The notes under the pieces are model-generated. The model did no database searches, was not told the origin of the DNA, and saw only the letters and a list, made by a program, of their open reading frames with translations. A DNA stretch of 56,469 bases, from positions 1-56,469 of the forward strand of contig PHBR01000005.1 of NCBI GenBank assembly GCA_002840675.1, written 5' to 3'. The DNA is from Chloroflexi bacterium HGW-Chloroflexi-9 (GTDB lineage: Bacteria > Chloroflexota > Dehalococcoidia > UBA2979). Of the stretch, positions 48,727 through 56,469 are shown in pieces. Made by a program: the position numbers and the translations under genes. How positions within the stretch are numbered: position 1 is the first letter of the stretch; each line of letters opens with the position of its first letter.

Positions 48727-48759
48727 CGTCGGCGCGTGCGCGCGACCGCGCTAGCCTGG

Positions 48760-48888
48760 CAGGGTGCTGAAAAGGCCCGGAGACCGCGATCTGGGTGCCG
48801 TAGAACCACAAGATGTTGTGGTCGACGACGGCCACAACTGCAGGATATGGGGCCTGAAATCGCGTCCGCTGCTTTTTTCAGCACCCTG
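48760..48888. mobile_element. MITE with IS5/IS1182-like terminal inverted repeats
   Basis: CAGGGTGCTGAAAA ... TTTTCAGCACCCTG, 129 bp, flanked by CTGG/CTAG; no transposase. Confidence 0.8.
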
Positions 48889-48990
48889 CTAGCGACCGGG
48901 AACGCGGCCCATCCGCAGGTCCGTACGTCCGGTGGGTAGCCACATAGCGGCGCATCGACTCTCGGTTGTGCTGCAGGCAACCTAGCGGGG

Positions 48991-51900
48991 CTAATTGTTC
49001 GAACGAGAGATCATCAGCTGGACCGCTGCGGTACTGCCGCGCTGCACGGAGGTGGCCTTCGCCTCGAACTGGACACCGCTGTCGAGACTGGGTGCGATTA
49101 GCCGTGCGAGAGGACGAGGGAGGAAGCCCAATTGGGCGCCCTGGTGTTCGACCCAGATCGCGTTCGGGTCGTATGGATTGTCGTAGTCGCGTAGCAGCCG
49201 CAAGGGCATTCCGGGCTCCAATTCCGACAGATGCGCGCGGCGATTCTCGTACTGCAAACCCGCTACACGCGCCTCGTACGCAGACGGTTCGTCTCGGAGC
49301 AGTTCGGTGGTTCGTTGTCCGTCGCGAACCAAGGCCATCGCGCGCGGAACCAAGAGTCTGGCTTCGTCCGCAGTTGCATTCATGCCTAGGATAAAATCCT
49401 CCTCGGTGAGTTCGCTGAACCATTCGGCAAAAGCTGCATACGTGGAGGCTGCGCTCGTGGCTATGAATGTGTCCGCGATCGCGACAGACAGGTCTCGAGT
49501 TGGGCAGCCGAGAGTCATGGCCCAGGTCGCTTTCGGTGTTGCAACTCCGTACCGCACCATTGGCGCCAGCCAACGCGCCGTGTCCGAAAGGTCGTCCTTC
49601 ACGTCCAGGACGTGCCCAGCGATACGCATGTAAGCGGACGTCGCCCAGGGCAATTTGTAACCGAAGTAGTCGGTGATTACGTCTTTCTGAAATCGGCGCT
49701 CGTCTGCGTCCGCCGGCAGGTATTGATCTACCAGCTCCCGCATGGGCGCTTGTTGGACCCAATCAACGAGCAGTCCCGCCATATCGGCCGCAATTTCGAA
49801 CTTGGGAATGAATCGAGGAAGGTCGGCGATCGCGGTGTGGATTGTCGGAAGAAGCTCATCAACACCAACGTCAGCCTGAGTGAGGAGCCGCTTCACTTCG
49901 GTCGGGTTTGCGAGGATGCGCTCCTCGATCCGTAGACAGGTCGCTACGTCGAGTCCAGTCAAGGCGAAGGTTTGTCTCCGCTGGTCCTCACCAACTTCGG
50001 TTCGAATCGTCTGGAGCACACTCTTCGCGCGTTCCGTGAGAGGGGCTGTAGTACCGTCCGTCTGCTTCCTTACCTGAATTGAGACGAACGAATCACCGAT
50101 CAGCGATTCAAATCGAGACTCGGCGTCGGATCCAACACTCTCTTCCACTAGCTCTGCTAGTAGGTCCGAGTCGAGTTGCAGACGGAACTCGTCGTTCGAG
50201 AGTCGGTCGCTCACAAGTTCCTGAAGCAGTTGGAAGAGTCGACCTCGCAGCGACTCGGGCTCCCCGCGTAGATAGCGCGTGGCCTGACGAGCCTCGTAAT
50301 CATTGAGCGCTACGACGATGATGTGTCCTTCAGTTTCGGCCCCAGCTCGTCCCGCGCGGCCAGCGGTGTTCCAAAAGTCGCGCAATGTCACTCGACTGTC
50401 ATCGTCCTCGGCGGCATCCACCTCGTATTGATGAAGCGTATGGATGAGGACAGTCTTGACCGGAAGATTGACTCCCTGCGCGAGCGTGCCGGTCGCAACC
50501 AGCACCGGAAGCAAGCCGTTCCGGAAGTCGTCCTCTGCTGTTCGTCGCAGCGCATCGGGAAGTCCTGCATGGTGTACACCGATTCCCTGCCGAAGGAGGC
50601 CCACTATCGAAGACTCGCGTCCGAGCCACGCTTCAGCTACCGCGACGGATGTGGGCGGAAACGGACGGTCGAGAACTCTTCGGAAGGCACCCGGAATGCC
50701 GACACCTTCTGTCTGCCTACGGAGTTGTAGGCCCCGAGCTACGACCTGGGCGGTGGACTCAGCCCAGCGTGGCTGCGTGGTGAAGATCAGTACGGGCCCC
50801 TCGTCAGCAAACTTGAGTGCCAGTTCCGCGGTCAGGTCACCCTTTGAATTCGTTGGGAAGGGCACTTGCTTCGGGCGCCGTTGCTTTGGCGTGAAGTCGG
50901 TGTATTGGGAGACGGAGATTGGACGAGGTACGAAGGGCGCTTGGACCCCCTCGGTCGCACGCTCCAACGGATAGTCGATGCGATTCAGCTGCGCGTTAAA
51001 GACCCCTACGAGCTGGCGCGCCGGACGCCAATCGGTTGCCGCGACTGCAGAACGATCGCCGCACAGCCACTCCGCGAAATCGGCGGCGTTTTCATCGGAT
51101 ATCACCGCGGAGAGGAACAGGATCCGGGCATCTTGAAGCAATCGGGATTGCAGGCGTGTGAGCAGGAGTTCGTAGCCGACGCCTCTATCACGGGAGTCGA
51201 TGATGTGACCTTCGTCCAGAACAAGTAGGCCGACAGACTGAAAATGTGTCGGACGCGATCGGAGAAGCAGCGTCAATTTCTCTGGAGTCGTTATGAGGAG
51301 ATCAGCTGTGCTGAGCAGATCAGCCTCAAGTTCATCGAGGTCGTAGTTACCGAGGACTGACGTGACCCGGTAGCCGAGATTCGCGAACAGAGACGACATC
51401 GAGCTTTCGACTTCGTCGGCAAGCGCGTTGAATGGCGCGACATACACAACCTGACGCCGCGTTGGCTTGGTCAGTTCGCTCAGAATCGCCATTTCTGCGA
51501 TGCGCGTCTTGCCCGCGCTGGTCGGCATACGGATCGCGAGTCCGCTGGAGTCTGTGTTGAGGAGCCCGCTGTCGACAGCGCGCAACTGGGACTCCCAGAG
51601 CTCCACCCCGCTGCGTGCGTCTAGGGGACTCGATCCTCTGCCTCGAGCAGTCAACATGGCATACCGAGCCCAAATGCCGTCCCTCGCAATTGCCTCGTCC
51701 AGGACGGCCCAGACACTCGTGCGCTGCAGGCGCTGAGCGGTTGCCTCCATGGCGTCGACTTCGAGGAGCCACGACGGGTCTCCAACTGCCAGGATCAGGC
51801 CTCTCAGTTCTCGCCACGGCTCGACGAATTCTGAGAACGGCTGTCCTCGCAGCACGAAACGAGCCAGCGCGGCAAAGGCCGAGGCCGCGAGCAGCGCGAT

Positions 51901-52497
51901 CGGTAGACCCGCTGCGGCCTCGGCCGGCGCATCCTCCGCCTCGAGCTCACCTAGGAACTGGGCTTCGGAGCTCGGCAGCCAAAGGTTGAGTGCTGAGGCC
52001 TCCCGTTGCAGTCGAACAAAACGCCGTTGGAGAGCAAGCGCTATCCCTCTGCGCAAGACTGCATCGGCGGTTTCCAGATTCATCGAGTCCGGGAGTGGCG
52101 GCAGAGCGAGGGCACGCGCAAGGCAGGCTGAGTTCGCCGCGTAACCGGCTACTTGGTACAAGGTCGATGCGATGAGGGCGCTCGTGTGTTCGCTTGGGCC
52201 CTCATCGAGGCCCGACAGATACTCGAAGATTTCCGCGGCGCGACGAAGGTCGGGATTAGGATCGCGGCCGATCAAGTCGGCCTCCGACAAACGCAATGCA
52301 CTCTGAAGGATCGAGGTGCTCCGACGGACCAGCTGCTCTGTGGAGTACGTGTAGTTCACGCCCGCTACCGAGTCGGGCGCGACAGCGGAGAGAAGATGCT
52401 TCGATCGGAGTTGCGCCCAGTTATTGAGGAACCCAGGTTCCGTTGCAGTCTGCGTGAGTCGTTCGGCGAGCCCCTCCAGGTACGATTGCCGAGTCAT
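48991..52497 (-). CDS. hamB: Hachiman HamB-like Ski2/DEAH helicase with C-terminal HIRAN domain
   Basis: MPTSAGKT, TPEK, DEGH, LSAV, HHAGL, TLAQGVNLP, AGRAGR; C-terminal VAGLQYE..RDYDNPYDPNAI..LGFLPR. Confidence 0.85.
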   Translation of the reverse strand: MTRQSYLEGLAERLTQTATEPGFLNNWAQLRSKHLLSAVAPDSVAGVNYTYSTEQLVRRSTSILQSALRLSEADLIGRDPNPDLRRAAEIFEYLSGLDEGPSEHTSALIASTLYQVAGYAANSACLARALALPPLPDSMNLETADAVLRRGIALALQRRFVRLQREASALNLWLPSSEAQFLGELEAEDAPAEAAAGLPIALLAASAFAALARFVLRGQPFSEFVEPWRELRGLILAVGDPSWLLEVDAMEATAQRLQRTSVWAVLDEAIARDGIWARYAMLTARGRGSSPLDARSGVELWESQLRAVDSGLLNTDSSGLAIRMPTSAGKTRIAEMAILSELTKPTRRQVVYVAPFNALADEVESSMSSLFANLGYRVTSVLGNYDLDELEADLLSTADLLITTPEKLTLLLRSRPTHFQSVGLLVLDEGHIIDSRDRGVGYELLLTRLQSRLLQDARILFLSAVISDENAADFAEWLCGDRSAVAATDWRPARQLVGVFNAQLNRIDYPLERATEGVQAPFVPRPISVSQYTDFTPKQRRPKQVPFPTNSKGDLTAELALKFADEGPVLIFTTQPRWAESTAQVVARGLQLRRQTEGVGIPGAFRRVLDRPFPPTSVAVAEAWLGRESSIVGLLRQGIGVHHAGLPDALRRTAEDDFRNGLLPVLVATGTLAQGVNLPVKTVLIHTLHQYEVDAAEDDDSRVTLRDFWNTAGRAGRAGAETEGHIIVVALNDYEARQATRYLRGEPESLRGRLFQLLQELVSDRLSNDEFRLQLDSDLLAELVEESVGSDAESRFESLIGDSFVSIQVRKQTDGTTAPLTERAKSVLQTIRTEVGEDQRRQTFALTGLDVATCLRIEERILANPTEVKRLLTQADVGVDELLPTIHTAIADLPRFIPKFEIAADMAGLLVDWVQQAPMRELVDQYLPADADERRFQKDVITDYFGYKLPWATSAYMRIAGHVLDVKDDLSDTARWLAPMVRYGVATPKATWAMTLGCPTRDLSVAIADTFIATSAASTYAAFAEWFSELTEEDFILGMNATADEARLLVPRAMALVRDGQRTTELLRDEPSAYEARVAGLQYENRRAHLSELEPGMPLRLLRDYDNPYDPNAIWVEHQGAQLGFLPRPLARLIAPSLDSGVQFEAKATSVQRGSTAAVQLMISRSNN

Positions 52498-53264
52498 CGG
52501 GCTTGAGCCTGCACGGCCATCTGCGCGTAGGCGGCTTCAATGAGCGGCCGAAGCTCGAACCGTCGCACCAGATAGCAGCGAAAAGTCCCTGTAGGCGTCG
52601 CCTCCTCCTCTAAGGCCTCCTTGAGGGCATCGAACTCATCGTCGGACCAGTGCAATTCGTCGAAGACTAGAACGAGTCGCAGGAGCTGGGGCATCGTTCC
52701 CGCACTGGAGATCGCGCGCCCCAGCCGTTCGTACTCGTCTTGCCTGTTTGCGTCCCACAATCTTTCAGAAGTGAAATGCAAGATCTCAGGCACCTTCTCG
52801 TGCCACGCTTTGACGAGTGCTCGGTAGCCGTCCGCCGCAACGCCGCTTGCAGGAGGCGTCGTGCCAGCCTTGACCTCGCAATACGCGAACGCCGAAATCT
52901 CGTCCGCGTCCAGACGCACCGCAAACACGTCGGTCAGGTGGGGAGACCAGTCGTGATTGAACTTGTAGCGCAGCTTCTCGATGGGGCGAGATAGGCCCTC
53001 TTCAGCCTCGATCAAGCGCCCAGCGGTGATCTCGCCAAAATCGGCCACGCGAATGCTGAGCTTCGAGGAGATACGTCGCTTAGCGATGTACTCAACGAGG
53101 GAGTCGTGGCCCTGCTTCTGAAGAACTGAGGTGAGGTAGGCGGGATCAGAGAGGCCTTCGAGCAGGAACGATCCCAAAGTTGGAGCATCAGCTATCAGGA
53201 TCGCCCGAAGCAACTCGAAACCCGACAGATCGCCCTCTTGGATTTCGTACCAGTCTGAGGTCAC
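52494..53264 (-). CDS. hamA: Hachiman HamA-like (DUF1837/Cap4-type) nuclease
   Basis: DFGEI, KLRYK, TDVFAV, CEVKA PD-(D/E)XK pattern; ATGA overlap with the helicase; start could be 53294. Confidence 0.78.
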   Translation of the reverse strand: MTSDWYEIQEGDLSGFELLRAILIADAPTLGSFLLEGLSDPAYLTSVLQKQGHDSLVEYIAKRRISSKLSIRVADFGEITAGRLIEAEEGLSRPIEKLRYKFNHDWSPHLTDVFAVRLDADEISAFAYCEVKAGTTPPASGVAADGYRALVKAWHEKVPEILHFTSERLWDANRQDEYERLGRAISSAGTMPQLLRLVLVFDELHWSDDEFDALKEALEEEATPTGTFRCYLVRRFELRPLIEAAYAQMAVQAQAR

Positions 53265-53494
53265 GCTGCGACGCCCATGAGAGCCACCTGCCACGCGGGA
53301 ACTGTAACGCGGCTAATTCCGACCTAGCGTTTTCGCCGGGCTAGCTGTCCACTAGCCTCGGTCATCGCGGGGGTATCTCTGCTCGGTAAGCAGAGGGTCG
53401 GCCCACACTTCAACACTTTACGGGAAAGCAGGGGGTTACGAAGCCGGCGCCCCTTCACGGCAAGAGCAGAGGGTCACGGAACCGCGACGAAACA

Positions 53495-53510
53495 CCCGCC
53501 ATCAGGCGGG
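53495..53510 (-). terminator. Hairpin downstream of the tRNA-Gly 3' end
   Basis: CCCGCC-TGAT-GGCGGG followed by TGTTT on the minus strand. Confidence 0.5.
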
Positions 53511-53531
53511 CTTCTCGTTGAGTGCGAAGTC

Positions 53532-53591
53532 TGGAGCGGCAGACCGGATTCGAACCGGTGACCCTCTGCTTGGGAAGCAGATGCTCTGCCA
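53532..53591 (-). pseudogene. tRNA-Gly(CCC) with defective 5' end, probable att remnant
   Basis: TGGCAGAGCATCTGCTTCCCAAGCAGAGGGTCACCGGTTCGAATCCGGTCTGCCGCTCCA is canonical from D-loop to CCA; upstream bases cannot form the D-stem. Confidence 0.85.
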
Positions 53592-53601
53592 TCTACCTCG
53601 G

Positions 53602-54381
53602 TTACTGTCCGCTCCCCGTCCGGAGCAGCCCCGCAACCAGCTTTCGCAAGTCTCCCGATGGCTCGATCCCCAGAGCAGCGTGTAGCCGCCCCCGGAACTC
53701 CAGGTAACAGCGCGCGGCCTGGGCGCGGTTCCCCTCGGCGAGGTGGGCGCTGACCAGCAGCTGCGCCGCGCTCTCCCGCAGCGGGTCCACCCGCAGCACC
53801 TCATAGACCGCGGCCACCGCCAGGGCGAACTCTCCCCGCCTCAAGAGCCGGGCCGCCTGCGCCTCGTGTGCGTAGAGCAGGAGTTCCTGGAGCCGCAGAC
53901 GCTCCACCGCCACCCACTCCTCTTCCCAGGCTGGCAGCAGCAGTGGCATCCCCTCGAACGGCTCCTCGGCACGCGGATCGCCGCCGTCCCTCTGGAGCAC
54001 GCGCAGCGCCTGCGCCTCCCGCTGCCAGATGTCGACGTCGACCGTATCGGCGAGCCGCACGGTGCTGGCGTCGGCCGCGATCAGTCCCGGGCAGGCCGCC
54101 TGCAGACCGGAGATGGCGTTGCGGAGACTGCCGCGGGCGCTCACGGACGGCAGGTGCGGCCAGAGCCGCGACGCGGCGAGGTGGCGCGGGAGCGGAGCGC
54201 CGTGGAGCGCAGTCAGTGCGACGAGTCGCTGGCCGGCAAGCGGGAGCCGGACCGGAGATCCCGTGCCGTCGCAGACAGTGAAGTCTCCGAGCAGCACCAG
54301 CGAGGTGCGCCGCGAGTGCCCGAGCTGGGGACTCTGCGGGCGCGGACGGGCATGCCCCCGTCCGTTCCGTCGCGCGGCCAT
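53602..54381 (-). CDS. SARP/AfsR-like regulator (wHTH + BTAD)
   Basis: LVLLGDFTV, LAASRLWP..ARGSLRNAISGL, EEWVAVER, DPLRESA, ALGIEPS. Confidence 0.9.
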   Translation of the reverse strand: MAARRNGRGHARPRPQSPQLGHSRRTSLVLLGDFTVCDGTGSPVRLPLAGQRLVALTALHGAPLPRHLAASRLWPHLPSVSARGSLRNAISGLQAACPGLIAADASTVRLADTVDVDIWQREAQALRVLQRDGGDPRAEEPFEGMPLLLPAWEEEWVAVERLRLQELLLYAHEAQAARLLRRGEFALAVAAVYEVLRVDPLRESAAQLLVSAHLAEGNRAQAARCYLEFRGRLHAALGIEPSGDLRKLVAGLLRTGSGQ

Positions 54382-54639
54382 CCGATCCAGTTCCTCACTG
54401 GCCGTCGATGCCGGGCCGCAACCGGCATCACGCCCCACCTTCAGTCGCTTCGTGAGCCGCCCGCGAGACGATGTCATCGAAACCGAGCGCAATAACAGCG
54501 TACCAAATCTCGTCAGCCCTGAACCCCACGTCGTTGAGCCAGATTCGATGGTTCGGAGGGGCGTAAAACACGCCCAAACAGGCCGATCGTACGCACTTCT
54601 CGACGCTGGTTGTTACGGGGTGCCCGTAGCGTCCCGCGC

Positions 54640-54927
54640 ATGTTCGAACCGCACCGCTCACTGACCGACTTCCTCCTCGTCCGGGCACGGGTAGAGCCCG
54701 GGCACGAGCACCCGCTGCGCGTGCTGATCCACCGTCGCGGCATGGACCGCGCGGACGTGGGCACGGAGGAGGGATTCGCCGACGCGGACAGCGCCGCCGC
54801 TTGCGTGCGGTCCTGGCTGAACGGCGTCGTACGCCGCTGGGAGGGCGGGGAGCGGTCACTGCCTCCGCCCCCAGAGGAATACTCCCGCTCAGCCGCTGAC
54901 GCTGCAGACGCGGACAGAGAGGAGTAG
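54640..54927 (+). CDS. Hypothetical protein
   Basis: Divergent from the BTAD gene; first gene of the rightward operon. Confidence 0.6.
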   Translation: MFEPHRSLTDFLLVRARVEPGHEHPLRVLIHRRGMDRADVGTEEGFADADSAAACVRSWLNGVVRRWEGGERSLPPPPEEYSRSAADAADADREE

Positions 54928-54932
54928 ACGAG

Positions 54933-55616
54933 GTGGCCTCTGGTACCACCGCCGGCCGTGCCCGCAGCTGGGCAGTCCCGCGGGTCGACCTCCGCATCCT
55001 GATCGGCATCGGCCTGGTCGCGGTCGCCCTGGCCGGCGGCCTGACCCTCGCGAATTCGCTCCGCATCACAGACCCCTTCGTCGTTGCCGCACGGACGATC
55101 CCGGCGGGACACGTCATCGAGGCGGCGGACCTCGCGGTCGGGGAGGCCCGCCTCGAAGGCAGCCTCGGAGCGCTGGCGTTCGCGGGGAGCGACCTCGCGA
55201 GCATCGTCGGTCAGACGGCAGGCAGGCCGATCCACGAGGGAGCCTTGGTGCTGCGCCCCGACCTGGGCGCCGGCCCGGTGCTCGGTCCGGACGACGTGGC
55301 CGTGACGGTGGCGATGAGCGCCGACGCGGTCTTCGGCAACCTGCGGCGCGGAGACCAGGTCGCCGTGATGGCCACCTCCGAGCCCGGCCGCCCGCAGAGT
55401 CAGACGGGGACGCTGCTGGAGCGCGCGACCGTCTACCACGTGGCCTTCGACGCCAGCCGCGTGAGCATCGGCGGCGGTGGCGGGAGCGAGGAGGATGGGC
55501 GGATCACGAACGTGACGCTGGTCGTGCCTCGCGCGGAAGCGGAGGCGGTCACGCACGCGCTCGTCAATGGACGGCTCACGCTGCTGCCGGTGGCGCCGGC
55601 GGAGGTCGCGCGATGA
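54933..55616 (+). CDS. cpaB: SAF-domain Flp/Tad pilus assembly protein CpaB/RcpC
   Basis: N-terminal TM, VVAARTIPAGHVIEAADL SAF motif, LRRGDQVAV, VTLVV. Confidence 0.8.
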   Translation: MASGTTAGRARSWAVPRVDLRILIGIGLVAVALAGGLTLANSLRITDPFVVAARTIPAGHVIEAADLAVGEARLEGSLGALAFAGSDLASIVGQTAGRPIHEGALVLRPDLGAGPVLGPDDVAVTVAMSADAVFGNLRRGDQVAVMATSEPGRPQSQTGTLLERATVYHVAFDASRVSIGGGGGSEEDGRITNVTLVVPRAEAEAVTHALVNGRLTLLPVAPAEVAR

Positions 55617-56237
55617 GCCGCCTCGCCGGCAGCACTCCGATGCGGGTGATCCTCGCTGCGGGCGACCGCGCGCTGGAGCGGCGGCTCGTCGACGAACTGC
55701 CTCACGAAGGTGTGACGGTCGTCGCTCGCTGCCTGGACGGGGCCAGCCTCGTCGAGGAGTGCTCCCTGACGCCGGCCGACGCCGTCCTCGTGTCGGCCGG
55801 CCTGCACGGCCTCGGCGACGCGACGCTCCTGGCGATCCGCCAGCAGCGGCTGCCGGTCGTGCTGATGGCGTCGGACGAGCGCCAGACGGACCGGTTCGCG
55901 ACCTCCGCCGCGGTCATCCCGGCGTCCGCGCAGACCTCCACGATCGCCGCCGCACTCGTCGCCGAAGCATCGGATGGGCTGCAGGCTGCGCCTCCCGCGG
56001 CGGCCCCGGGACGCCCTGACCCGGGGCCGGTCTCGACCGGTGCGCCCGAGCATCGCGGTCACGTGACCGCGGTCACGAGCGGCAAGGCCGCCCCCGGTAA
56101 GACCACGCTCGCCATCGCGGTCGCGGCCGAGCTCGCCGCACAGGGATACGTGACCGTCCTCGTCGACGCCGACCTGCGCGGCGGCAACGTCGCTCCCTAC
56201 CTCGGCCTCGACCCCCGTCGCGGCCTCGTCGGCCTGG
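55613..56237 (+). CDS. cpaE: CpaE/TadZ-like receiver + MinD/ParA ATPase (similarity lost near 56237)
   Basis: Manual translation from ATG 55613: atypical receiver, then VTAVTSGKAAPGKTTLAIAVA..VLVDADLRGGNVAPYLGL; frame stays open to the window end. Confidence 0.8.
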
Positions 56238-56469
56238 GTAATGTCCACGAACGTAAATATGAACCGGTCGGCTATGAGCGCGGCTTCCCCGATGCAGGTA
56301 CGGAACGACCCGTCCTTGCAGCGGAGGCTTCCCTTGAGCGGGCCTTCCGGCCGTTCGCCCTTGCGCAGCTTGTCGGTATAGGTCGCCCAGAATTGCATAG
56401 CCTCCTGCCGGCTCGCCTCTTCCGGATACACGGCCAGCAACCAGTCGGCCTCGGTCCCTATCTCGGGCC
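56230..56469 (-). other. Fragment of a PAS/PAC-domain coding sequence
   Basis: DWLLAVYPE...LRCKDGSFRT..FIFTFVDITQ is a PAC motif, antisense to and abutting cpaE. Confidence 0.7.

Noticed and set aside
55433-56440. 335-aa minus-strand ORF
   Set aside because: Only the PAS part is coding-like; the rest is the antisense shadow of cpaE/cpaB.
1-56469. CRISPR array, cas genes, rRNA, integron cassettes
   Set aside because: No regularly spaced repeat-spacer units, cas motifs, rRNA-like sequence or attC pattern seen.

Overview
High-GC bacterial DNA; the chemotaxis genes, Tad genes and backbone style suggest Chloroflexota or an actinobacterium-like host (weak inference). Bases 1-7.2 kb hold a partly decaying signalling cluster: cheW, an OmpR-type regulator, an MCP, atypical receivers and a frameshifted PAS hybrid kinase. 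From a tRNA-Leu 3' fragment at 7782 rightward the window is a mosaic mobile/defence island. In order it carries: AlbA_2 plus a carbamoyltransferase/GT32/GT25-GH16 operon; a Sir2 Lamassu (ABC-3C) system; an AbiTii pseudogene; a PIN protein; an ICE-like backbone operon (ParB, helicase, MTase, ArdC, Rad52, primase); a lipoprotein serpin; Kiwa; a seven-gene Dcm/DUF4928 x2/ParB/SNF2/DUF3883/Vsr locus (best candidate for an undescribed defence system); a TIR protein; a SEC-C/zincin protein; a MITE; and Hachiman with a HIRAN-fused HamB. A tRNA-Gly remnant, a BTAD regulator and the start of a Tad locus follow, ending in an apparent chimeric junction. Cargo blocks are bounded by minus-strand tRNA 3' remnants and by diverged duplicates of backbone gene ends. 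All family calls come from motif recognition by eye; no database searches were run.
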